A DNA stretch of 32,000 nt from Trichodesmium erythraeum IMS101 (GTDB lineage: Bacteria; Cyanobacteriota; Cyanobacteriia; Cyanobacteriales; Microcoleaceae): positions 2,250,001 to 2,282,000 of the forward strand of contig NC_008312.1 of NCBI RefSeq assembly GCF_000014265.1, in the 5' to 3' direction. The position numbers and the translations under genes were made by a program. Below the pieces are notes generated by a model. The model worked only from the letters and a program-made list of their open reading frames with translations, had not been told where the DNA came from and ran no database searches. Shown here in pieces: positions 1 through 8,639 of the stretch. The number at the start of each line of letters is the position of its first letter. Within the stretch, counting starts at the first letter, position 1.

Positions 1-44
1 ATTTGCTAACCCTACGACTTCTACTTTCCGTTTCCTGTTCCCTC

Positions 45-1889
45 TTAAAAACTTTTTTCCAATACTAACAAATCTTCTTTAATAGATGAAGTCCGACCAC
101 ACCAAGAACCATAAGATTTTTCTAGAACATTAAAGCCTCGTTCTTCTATCCATTGTAATATTAGATTTTCCCTAAAACCAATCCCTTTCTCTGGCAGATT
201 AATATCTATAGTAAAACCATCCTCTATTTCATAAATAAGCTGTTGAGAACTTTTACCTTTAGTAATCAACTCTTCTGATTCTGAATTAATTAAAAAGCAA
301 ATTAATAAACATCTCCCTCCCGGTTGTAAAACTCTATATATTTCATCAAGAAAATGACGAACTACAGAACTTTGTAAATGAATAAATAAACGGGAAATAC
401 AAACACAATTAACACTTGAATTAGGATAAGGAAAAATAAAATCATTGGCAGATATTTTACCTGTAGAATTGTAGATACAGTGATAAATATTGTACCAGTT
501 AAAATTAAAATTCGGCTTACGAGTCGTAATTTCTTGTTTTATCAAGGAAATAAAATCTTCCGTCATATCAAAACCTTGATAACGACCAGAAGGTTGTAAA
601 TAATGAACTAAAGTATAAGCTACAGTACCAATATTGCAACCAATATCAAGAATATAGTCTGTTGGTTGTAAACCTAATCTTTGAATTAAACTTCCTAATA
701 ACTTGAAGGAATTATTAATAAATTGATTACTAATATCTTTCCCAACTATTTCTAGATATTCCCTATCTGGCAGTGGTAAAAGAGGTGTTAATGCTGTTAA
801 TATAACTATACCCTCACCCCTATTAAACAGAGGAATCAAACAAATTAATGAATGTTTTATTTGATTAATTTGTTCTTGATTTAAAAGAACTTTTATGCGG
901 AATCTAGCATTACCTGCACCAGATAAACTAGGGTGAATTTTTTCCACATCTGGACTAGGTATATTCAGAGTTTGTTCAAAGAAACTAAAATCTTGATTCC
1001 CAACAGAAACTTTAAATCCTTGCACCATACCAGCATCTAAGGAGGCAACCCAACCAGATAAATATAAAACTTGATTTTTAAGTATTACCCGATCGATAGA
1101 ACCCCAAGTAAGTAAAGGATTAATTTTTCGTTTCTTGCCAATAATATCTTTCTTTTCAGAGTTATTTTGAGTATAGTATTGTATCTCTGATGTTTTTTTC
1201 CGCCGCTCCCGTAAACTTAATGCTTCTTGATAAATTTCTATATCTTCGTGATTTATGGCTGATATTTTACCGACTATTTCTTGGTTAGATAATACTTCTT
1301 TAATTAATAATTTATATTCTAAATAAGGATTAGTATTTGGAGCTTCTAATTCATACTCTGACCAATCTAACATTACCTTAAGTTCATATAAATCCTCACT
1401 AAAAAATTCTTGGATACCCACAAAATAAAAATATTTTAGTTGCTCGTTTTGCAGAAAATTTAATTTGATTAGATTCTGCATTTCTGGTTTTTCAGCAAAT
1501 TCTATAAAACTCAAATTAGTATCTTTGGAATTTCCTAAATATTCTTGATCATTTGCTAGTAATATTTGCCAGCTCTTCCAAAAAAAGTAAAGAGAAACTA
1601 ACCGCTTGATCGGATTCCTCAGCCAAATAATTTTTTTAGCTCCCGGAAATTTTTGATTATATTTTGGAGCAGGAAAATGACCATGAATTATTTTGACTTC
1701 TGGCTTTTGTTTGGTTAACATCCGATTCCGAATCTGACCTTTGTGAGGGTAGTCAAAGAAAATTTCTTCTGAGCTATATACCTGTCTAATAACACCCTTA
1801 AATGCAGTACCAGCAGTTCTTGGTATATGAATTGAAATAATTTCTATATTAGTACGATCAGGTTTTATAGTTTGATTTCTTTGGGTCAT
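45..1889 (-). CDS. Three-module enzyme: N-terminal Sulfotransfer_2-like domain, central 'GW' module, C-terminal class I SAM-dependent methyltransferase
   Basis: 614-aa ORF. 'IEIISIHIPRTAGTAF' and 'IIWLRNPIKRLVSLYF' resemble the PAPS-binding motifs of sulfotransferase family 2 (hIPKTgGTs / RdPv.R.vS.y). aa ~258-365 hold the 'LSGWV...NIPSPDVEK' module. 'ILDIGCNIGTVAY' and 'VLQPGGRCLL' are Rossmann methyltransferase motifs. Confidence 0.8.
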   Translation of the reverse strand: MTQRNQTIKPDRTNIEIISIHIPRTAGTAFKGVIRQVYSSEEIFFDYPHKGQIRNRMLTKQKPEVKIIHGHFPAPKYNQKFPGAKKIIWLRNPIKRLVSLYFFWKSWQILLANDQEYLGNSKDTNLSFIEFAEKPEMQNLIKLNFLQNEQLKYFYFVGIQEFFSEDLYELKVMLDWSEYELEAPNTNPYLEYKLLIKEVLSNQEIVGKISAINHEDIEIYQEALSLRERRKKTSEIQYYTQNNSEKKDIIGKKRKINPLLTWGSIDRVILKNQVLYLSGWVASLDAGMVQGFKVSVGNQDFSFFEQTLNIPSPDVEKIHPSLSGAGNARFRIKVLLNQEQINQIKHSLICLIPLFNRGEGIVILTALTPLLPLPDREYLEIVGKDISNQFINNSFKLLGSLIQRLGLQPTDYILDIGCNIGTVAYTLVHYLQPSGRYQGFDMTEDFISLIKQEITTRKPNFNFNWYNIYHCIYNSTGKISANDFIFPYPNSSVNCVCISRLFIHLQSSVVRHFLDEIYRVLQPGGRCLLICFLINSESEELITKGKSSQQLIYEIEDGFTIDINLPEKGIGFRENLILQWIEERGFNVLEKSYGSWCGRTSSIKEDLLVLEKSF

Positions 1890-1945
1890 AGTAGCAGACC
1901 GAAGCTTGACTTTTATGATAATAAATGAGGGTTATTAACCCTTTT

Positions 1946-3229
1946 TTAGTTAACAGAATATCCAAATTCTCGCAAAGCATCAGCTAAAACCCGATTGCAT
2001 AATTTTTGCAGGGAAGGTTCTAGATCTTGCCGCCACCTTCCGATAGAGTCTTTAGCGTTAGAGCTAGTTTGATGCCATTGGGTATAGGCAGTATTTTCCG
2101 ATGCTTTTTCTAGCATATTAGCGATCGCCTCCTGAGAGTTATCTAAGTTTAAATATTCTAGAGCTCCCTTTAAAGTTTTTTCTGGGGAGAGAATTAAATC
2201 TTCGTAATGGACTAAATATGCTTCTTGTCTGCGCTTCTTCCACCGCTCCCGCAAACCAGATGACGCATTTTTCATAACTCCTTTAATATATTCCTCATCA
2301 CTTTTAAACTTATTGCGACTAAAACCATCGTTACCTCGTTTCTTATTAAAGGCTAATATTGAAGAAGCTACATCTCGAAAATCCCGAACCAGAATTATTT
2401 CTTTAGCCTGGGGATAAATTTCTGTTAATAAGTCAAGATTAGGATTAAAAGCATTCTTTTCTACAAAATAAGTTAATTCAGAAGAAGAAATTATCTTACC
2501 TTGAGCTTCCGCTATATGTTCGTAAAAAGCATCCAAAGTTTCCTGACAGAAAGCTGCTGCTTTTGGTGGATAATCTGCTTGAAAAGGAGTTTCTATCGGA
2601 TTAGCTCTTTGAGACAAAAATTGCAGCAATTGCATCCAAAAAGGCCATACTCTGGTTTCATAAGCATATATTGGACAAGCTACAATTGCTGGATGTTGGG
2701 AAAGCAACCGCATAAACCAAGTACTTCCCGATCGCCCCGTAGAATTTAATACTAAAGGTTGCAATCTTGGTTGATAACCAGAATCCAGGGGTTCATGGCG
2801 AAATTTTATATCTGCTAAGGGAACAATAGTGCCGTCAGCCAACAAACACCGCAATTTTAAGTTAGCTACCGGAGGCAATCCCAATACCCCTACTGCTGCA
2901 GCAAAACCGCTACTTTTGGCTTCGCTCACTTTTGGGAAACGTTTTTCTACTCCCGGACGGGACTTACTGACCGGAACTTTCTGTAATACTTTTCCTCCAT
3001 TAAGAAATTCTACTGCAACTGCAGGTGATCCCTTACCTAATACCCAGCCTACAATTGAAATTGAATAATTATCTATTTTTTTACCTTTCTGGAGCGAGTC
3101 TATATTAAATCCGATTAATGATTCAGATTCTTGAGACAATTTTTGGACTTGTAAGATTTCAATAAAGGAATTTTGAGTCATTTTTATTTGTGGCAAAGGA
3201 ATCTCAGTTTCATTGTACCTGTTTCTCAT
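1946..3229 (-). CDS. 'GW' module fused to a P-loop sulfotransferase domain
   Basis: 427-aa ORF. aa ~22-146 'GFNIDSLQKG...IVGWVLGK...RPGVEKRFP'. 'NSTGRSGSTWFMRLL' is a 5'-phosphosulfate-binding loop and 'IILVRDFRDVASS' a 3'-phosphate-binding motif. Lies 57 nt upstream of the 45..1889 gene on the same strand. Confidence 0.8.
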   Translation of the reverse strand: MRNRYNETEIPLPQIKMTQNSFIEILQVQKLSQESESLIGFNIDSLQKGKKIDNYSISIVGWVLGKGSPAVAVEFLNGGKVLQKVPVSKSRPGVEKRFPKVSEAKSSGFAAAVGVLGLPPVANLKLRCLLADGTIVPLADIKFRHEPLDSGYQPRLQPLVLNSTGRSGSTWFMRLLSQHPAIVACPIYAYETRVWPFWMQLLQFLSQRANPIETPFQADYPPKAAAFCQETLDAFYEHIAEAQGKIISSSELTYFVEKNAFNPNLDLLTEIYPQAKEIILVRDFRDVASSILAFNKKRGNDGFSRNKFKSDEEYIKGVMKNASSGLRERWKKRRQEAYLVHYEDLILSPEKTLKGALEYLNLDNSQEAIANMLEKASENTAYTQWHQTSSNAKDSIGRWRQDLEPSLQKLCNRVLADALREFGYSVN

Positions 3230-3240
3230 ACAAAAAAATA

Positions 3241-3998
3241 TGGGTGTTGCACAATAGAGAATGATATTCTAGAATTTTATTGAGAGATGGATTGTCCTTA
3301 TTGTCAAAGCCATAAAGTAGTGAAAAATAGTCATCGTCAGGGAAAACAGAGTTATCTTTGCCGTGATTGTGGCCGTCAATTTCGAGATAGCCCCTGTCCT
3401 GCGGGTTATAGTTCTGATGTTAAAGAGCTTTGTGTAAAAATGTCCCTTAATGCCTAGGGATTCCGAGGCATTGAGAGAGTGACTGGTATTTCCTATAATA
3501 CGGTCCTTAATTGGGTACGACTTGCACACAGCACAGAGAGAGTGATCATAACTTAGAAAATCCTGAGACGGCTCAAATTGATGAACTGCAAACTTTTATC
3601 GGCTCAAAAAAAACCAAATTTGGGTCTGGACAGTGTTAAAAAGCAAAATGCCAGGAATTTTCAAGTTTGTGATCGGCGATCGCTGGGCCGCTACCTTTAC
3701 AGTATTATGGCAGATGATTCACGGTTGGGCTTGTTTTCTCGGTTGTTACAGATGCTTACAAGGTGTATCCTTGCTTAATTGATGATTGGGAGCACCTAGT
3801 AAGCAAAACAGAAATGACCATTGTAGTTGGAGAAAACTGCCCTCTGAGAGACTATCTAGCTAGGTTACATCCCAAAACTTTGTGCTACTCCAAGTGAATT
3901 GATATGTACAACATATCAATTCACTTGTTGATCTATTATTTATTTGAAACATCAACAAATTCCTCAATTCTCCTAATCATTCGTCATTGTGCAACGCC
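3241..3998 (+). mobile_element. IS1-family insertion sequence, degenerate (758 bp)
   Basis: Terminal inverted repeats GGTGTTGCACAATAGAGAATGAT (3243..3265) and ATCATTCGTCATTGTGCAACGCC (3976..3998) match at about 20 of 23 positions when complemented. A perfect 9-bp direct repeat AAAAAAATA flanks it (3232..3240 and 3999..4007). Size and 9-bp duplication fit IS1. Confidence 0.8.
3287..3897 (+). pseudogene. IS1-family transposase (InsA/InsB-like), inactivated
   Basis: Translation begins MDCPYCQSHKVVKNSHRQGKQSYLCRDCGRQF (zinc-finger N-terminus of cyanobacterial IS1-type transposases). Recognisable later pieces are GFRGIERVTGISYNTVLNWV, IDELQTFIGSKK, GDRWAATF, VTDAYKVYP and VGENCPLRDYLARLHPKTLCYSK. 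There is an in-frame TAG at 3455..3457 and at least three frame changes, one at the A8 run 3606..3613. Confidence 0.75.
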
Positions 3999-4022
3999 AA
4001 AAAAATAGCTCCATATTCACCC

Positions 4023-4062
4023 TCTCCCCATCTCCCCATCTCCCCATCTCCCCATCTCCCCC
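4023..4062. repeat. Tandem octamer TCTCCCCA, 4 perfect copies plus 1 imperfect
   Basis: Direct reading: tctcccca four times, then tctccccc. Lies 25 nt to the right of the IS1 relic. Reminiscent of cyanobacterial short tandemly repeated (STRR-type) sequences, but an octamer rather than a heptamer. Confidence 0.9.
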
Positions 4063-4169
4063 GCTCTCCTACTCCTTAAAAAAATACTTTTGCAGCAAAC
4101 CCTAATTATACCCAAGCAGGATCGTGAATAGCATCTGAGTCTTTAGTAATCTCAGAAGCATAACATTCA

Positions 4170-4730
4170 TCAATAAATTTTTCTCCTCTTTATATTGTAC
4201 TGACTATACTGTTTTTGCCAGAAGCCACCATATTTTTTTGATATATCTGAGGTTGCATTATAAGCTTTTCCCCCATTCAGAATTTTTTGTTTTATCTGTT
4301 CTCTAGAACGATATCTATATTGTCTGAGTATAAGTCCATGATTCTGTCCAAGTATTGTAATAGGTAGCTTCTCATCATTCAACCTGATCAGGTGATGCCC
4401 TTGAGTAATTTCCATACCAGGTTGCCAGCGAACCATAACCTTACGAATATTAGTATCTTTCTTTTTTCTGTGAGTCATTCTTTTCAGAGGATTAATTTCA
4501 GATAAATCGTAAAATGAACGGAGTACATGGTTCCTATGTTGTAAACCAAGACAAAAGTGTTCTGGTTCCAATTGGCTCAGAATATCTGGTAGAGGTTTCC
4601 CTGATGAAGACATCACTTCATCAGCATCAAATGGAAATATCCATTCTGCTCCCCACATTCTATGGGCAAACTCAGCAGCAGCAGACATTTTCCTAAATTT
4701 ATGAAATAAAGGATCTCGATCTTCAATCAA
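4170..4730 (-). pseudogene. C-terminal fragment of a glycosyltransferase family 2-like domain, separated from its 5' part by an IS
   Basis: ORF starts artificially at a TTG. It contains 'WIFPFDADEVM', a DxDE motif of GT2-like (Glyco_tranf_2_4-type) proteins. It is in the same genomic phase as ORF 5847..7025 and continues that sequence once the IS is removed. Confidence 0.7.
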
Positions 4731-4734
4731 GTAA

Positions 4735-5877
4735 TACCAATTTCATAAACTTAAGCTACACTTTTAGAAGTAACCTATTATAGAAAATGTCCCCATGTCA
4801 GGAGTAGTAAAAATTGAGATAAATGAATCGGTAGAAACTCTCAAAAAACTTTTAAAAAGTGCGAGTACAGCTCAAGAAAAGGAAAGACTTCAAACTATTT
4901 ACTGGTTGAAAACTCAAACAGTAGAAACAGTAAAAGAAATTGCGATAATGTTAGGACGCAATCGAGTCACAGTACAAAAATGGTTAGGGAAATATCGTAC
5001 AGGTGGACTGAATCTTTTACTAGAACCAAAGAAAAATCTAGGAGGGAGGCCAAGTTCAATTCCACCAAATGTAATCGAGAAATTAGAAGCAGAATTGCAA
5101 AACCCGGAAGGTTTCCAAAGCTATGGTGAAATTCAACAGTGGTTAACGACTTGTTTTGACATCGAGCTGTCTTATCGAACAGTTCATCAATTAGTCAGAT
5201 ATAAATTAAAAAGTAAATTAAAAGTTCCACGTCCAAATCACATAAAACAAAATAAAGAAGCTCAAGAAAACTTTAAAAAAAACTCTCATCTCAACTAGAA
5301 GAGAAAATTAAGTTAATTAATAAATATTCGGAAAATCAACTGCCAATTCGCTATTGGTGTCAAGACGAGACTAGAATTGGATTAAAAACTATAACAGGTA
5401 AAGTCATTACTGCTTGCGGTGTTAAGCCCATTGGTTTATATCAATGGCTATTTAAATATCTATGGCTTTATGGTTTAGTAGAACCAAAAACAGGAGATTC
5501 CTTTTTTTATGAATTTAGTCATCTAGATACTCCTTGCTTTGAAAGATTTTTAGAGCTTTTTTCTCAAACATATCCTGAAGAGATTCATATTATTCAACTA
5601 GATAACGGGCGAGGGCATCTAGGGAATGATTTATCTATCCCTGATCACATCATTTTATTATTTCAACCTCCTTATTGTCCCGAAGTTAATCCCATTGAAA
5701 GACTGTGGAAAGAGGTGAAAAAATTCTTGAAAAATCGAGTTTTCGATTCCTTAGATTTCTTACGCAGAATCCTGAGAAATATATTAACTGGATTTAGTCA
5801 AAAAGATATTGCTTCTTGTACAGGATATGATTTTATTCTTGAAGCATTATGTGTAGTCGGACTTTAGGAAATTGGTA
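4735..5877 (+). mobile_element. IS630/Tc1-mariner-family insertion sequence (1143 bp including terminal TA)
   Basis: Terminal inverted repeats TACCAATTTCATAAACTTAAGCTACAC (4735..4761) and GTGTAGTCGGACTTTAGGAAATTGGTA (5851..5877): outer 11 bp perfect, inner part imperfect. Flanked by TAA on both sides (4732..4734 and 5878..5880). Encodes an HTH + DDE transposase. Confidence 0.85.
4795..5867 (+). CDS. IS630-family DDE transposase, two frames joined by a -1 shift at an A8 run
   Basis: orfA 4795..5298 has an HTH/winged-helix N-terminus ('VKEIAIMLGRNRVTVQKWLGKYRTGG'). The -1 frame continues from the A8 run 5275..5282 (A_AAA_AAC context) to the TAG at 5865..5867. That frame carries 'YWCQDETRIG', 'IQLDNGRGH' and 'FQPPYCPEVNPIERLWKEVK', a DD(35)E-type triad. 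Confidence 0.8.
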
Positions 5878-7025
5878 TAAACCATTGCTTCTGGATAGTC
5901 ATCAGCAAAGCGTCTAATTTCATCCCTAGTTCCATCTGAGGACATATGATCCAACATTACGAAATGTTTGATGCCTTCTCTATAATTTCCAGCTAGATTG
6001 TAATAGATAATATCCTCTTCATCTTTCACGATTGACACACCAGCTATAACTACATTTTCTTTAATCTTCTGAGATATTGGCCTTTGATTAGAAATTGATT
6101 GGCTTTTTCCTATAACTGTCCTTTGTTCAAATGGCTTTTCCCACCAATAAGTATGGCGAGGGTTGCTAACAGTTTTTGTCAATTGCCAATCTTGTAATAA
6201 ATCTTGAGCTTGTTTATACTTCCCCCTTTGCGCATCATCCAACATCAATATTCCACCTGGCTTTAAAAGTTTAATTGATGCTTCAAAACATTTCATTCGA
6301 TCGCGACCATCTACAATAATTAAATCGAAAGATTCTTCAGCAAACTTTTCGCATATTTTATGATATGGTCTTGCTAATAATTGAATATCTACTGGATGGC
6401 AATTTTTCTGCAGTTGAATCTGATTTTTTACCTCCTGAAACCACCTAGCATCGTGCTCAATAGAAGTCAGATTTTGAGTTAATTTAGATAGCCATATTGT
6501 CGAAGCGCCACTACCAAATTCTAAGACTTTAGCATGAGGTTTTTCCTGGAAAAATTTTTCTAAAAATTCAATAGCTTTTTTTGTTATTAGAGGAGTTTTA
6601 CGAACATTTAGTGATTTCTCCTGATAACTTTGAATACAACCTATTGGTATCCGAGTTTCATCAGCAAATACTGCTTGAATTAGCCAGTTAAATTTCGGTG
6701 GTAATTTATCAGCTATAAAATCTATATTAAAACCTATTTCTGCTCCTTGAGATGTTTCTGTATAAAACTTAACTATATCAGGATATGACTCATTAACAGA
6801 TACTTTTTTGACAACATGCCTCAAAGATGCTACTTCCACAGCAACAATAGGACACTTTTTTCCCAATACCCATCCAGAAATATTAATAATATCTTCGTTA
6901 TCAATTTGTTCCTTGATATATTTAATTTCATATCCCCAAAATAACTCATCATAAATTTCACCTAAATTCCGATCGTAGGTTTGAACAAACATTTGCACTG
7001 ACTGAGAGTTTTGATCTGGTAGCAT
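5847..7025 (-). pseudogene. 'GW' module + class I SAM methyltransferase + start of a GT2-like domain, truncated by the IS630 insertion (native sequence 5878..7025)
   Basis: aa ~12-132 'ISGWVLGKKCPIVAVEV'. 'VLEFGSGASTIWLS' and 'LIIVDGRDRMKCF...LKPGGILMLDD' are methyltransferase motifs. 'VSIVKDEEDIIYYNL...VMLDHMSSDGTRDEI' is the GT2-like N-terminus. The last nine codons and the stop (TNFLKSDYT*) are read from IS sequence. Confidence 0.75.
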
Positions 7026-7130
7026 AATTAAAATTTATTTTTCGTTAAATTTACTTGAGAAAATAAAAAGAGCGCAAAATGTTTTTAATTTTTTCCTATT
7101 CCCCACTCTTTCTATTGAAGACTTTTGAGG

Positions 7131-8564
7131 TTATTGAAGCTGGAGCAAGTTAGCAATTCTTTTTAATTGTTTAGGAGATTTACATAAAATAGCAAAACCT
7201 TTTCCATCTTTGTGCCATTCAAGTTTATGTACTTCTGGATAACGATTACAAAAATCCCTAACTGCTCTATTAACTGCAGGAAATCTCACACCTTTAGGAG
7301 GCTTTGATTTATAATCATCTACTATAATAATTCCCTGGGGATTTAAAAAAGGAAGTGAGGATTCTAAATCGTGAAAACATCCTTTATAAGAATGGTCTCC
7401 ATTAACAGTAAACAAATCTAAACCTGGCGAATAATTTTTTTGGTAAAATTCAGGATTAAGGAATTCGTTACTATCCCCTTCAATAATTTGATAGTGTTGA
7501 AATTCTCCCATTAATATAGAAGCCATTTCTCTGCCAAAGGGAGTTATATAATCCAGGTTTTTATCCAAAGATATAAAAGTTTTCGGACTACAAGAACTTA
7601 ATACTACTGCCGCGGACCTACCTGTGGCAAAACCAGTTTCTAAAACATTTTTCGGCTGAATTATCTTACAAAGATTACTAATGAAAATTGCTTGATCTGG
7701 GTTCAAATGTCCCTTTTTACACCACAACTTGCTGTCAAATAAATTTTCTAGGTTATTATTCGCGATCGCCTCTTTCACTGGATTAGATTTATGCTCAATT
7801 TTACTACTTTTAACAACACTCCTCACCTGCTGATTTTGTTGCTGTTTAATCTTATTTTTTTGTGGTTTTTGCAAAGTTTGACTGTAACGCTTTTCTCTGA
7901 TACTTAATGCCTGTTTATAAATTTCCATATCCTCACTATTAAGAGTCGCTACTTTCTTGACAATAGAGCGATCGTTGAACACCTCTTTTTTAATTCTTTG
8001 ATAATCAGAATAAATATTATTATTTTCTTGGCTAACTGTTACATCTGGCCAAAAAAGAAGATTTTTTAATTGCTGTAAATCTTCCTCAAAAAATTCCTGT
8101 ATCCCTACAAAGAAGAAATCTTCTAGTTTCATATCTCGCAGATAAACTGACATTATATTTTGATTTTCAGGTATTTGAGCAAACTCCCAAAAACTAAAAT
8201 TTTTCTGCTGTAGCAAATCATAAAATACTGTCCGTCTAAATACCTTATTAAAACAGTAATAAGATATTAAAAAATTAACTGGTTCTCTCAGCCAAATAAT
8301 TCTTTTAGCATCCGCAAATTTATGCTTATATCTAGACCCAGGAAAATGCCCGTGAATCACCCTTACATTAGCATCTCCTTCTTTCATAAACTGACGTTGG
8401 TAATCTTTTTCATAAGGATAATCCAAAAATACTGCTTCTGGACTGTACACTTTGAATAAAACCCTAGTAAAAGCTGAACCAGCAGTTTTTGGCACATGAA
8501 CAGAAATAATTTCCACTCCTGTTTTTTTGTCTTTCATTTCTTTGAAATTAGAACTAATTACCAT
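7131..8564 (-). CDS. Sulfotransfer_2-like domain fused to an O-methyltransferase-like (Methyltransf_24/3-type) class I SAM methyltransferase
   Basis: 477-aa ORF. 'VEIISVHVPKTAGSAF' and 'IIWLREPVNFLISYY' are paralogous to the N-terminus of the 45..1889 product. 'VLETGFATGRSAAVV' and 'DLFTVNGDHSYKGCFHDL...GIIIVDDY' are the methyltransferase motifs. Confidence 0.8.
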   Translation of the reverse strand: MVISSNFKEMKDKKTGVEIISVHVPKTAGSAFTRVLFKVYSPEAVFLDYPYEKDYQRQFMKEGDANVRVIHGHFPGSRYKHKFADAKRIIWLREPVNFLISYYCFNKVFRRTVFYDLLQQKNFSFWEFAQIPENQNIMSVYLRDMKLEDFFFVGIQEFFEEDLQQLKNLLFWPDVTVSQENNNIYSDYQRIKKEVFNDRSIVKKVATLNSEDMEIYKQALSIREKRYSQTLQKPQKNKIKQQQNQQVRSVVKSSKIEHKSNPVKEAIANNNLENLFDSKLWCKKGHLNPDQAIFISNLCKIIQPKNVLETGFATGRSAAVVLSSCSPKTFISLDKNLDYITPFGREMASILMGEFQHYQIIEGDSNEFLNPEFYQKNYSPGLDLFTVNGDHSYKGCFHDLESSLPFLNPQGIIIVDDYKSKPPKGVRFPAVNRAVRDFCNRYPEVHKLEWHKDGKGFAILCKSPKQLKRIANLLQLQ

Positions 8565-8639
8565 TAATTTATTCTGCTCCTGATCATACCAAATATCAAA
8601 ATTATTACTATACTATATTTCCTTTATCCATTAATTAAC

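Noticed and set aside
2501-3068. Plus-strand ORFs 2501..2749 and 2829..3068. The same applies to 4514..4696, 9514..9735, 15609..15899, 19411..19608, 20931..21113, 21405..21590, 22739..22936 and 24744..24992.
   Set aside because: All are embedded antisense or out of frame within much longer ORFs that have clear domain motifs. They have odd composition and no motifs, so I treat them as non-coding shadows.
3269-3778. ORFs 3269..3529 (-) and 3578..3778 (+)
   Set aside because: Both fall inside the IS1-like relic. The first is antisense to the transposase N-terminus. The second is an out-of-frame reading of the decayed transposase.
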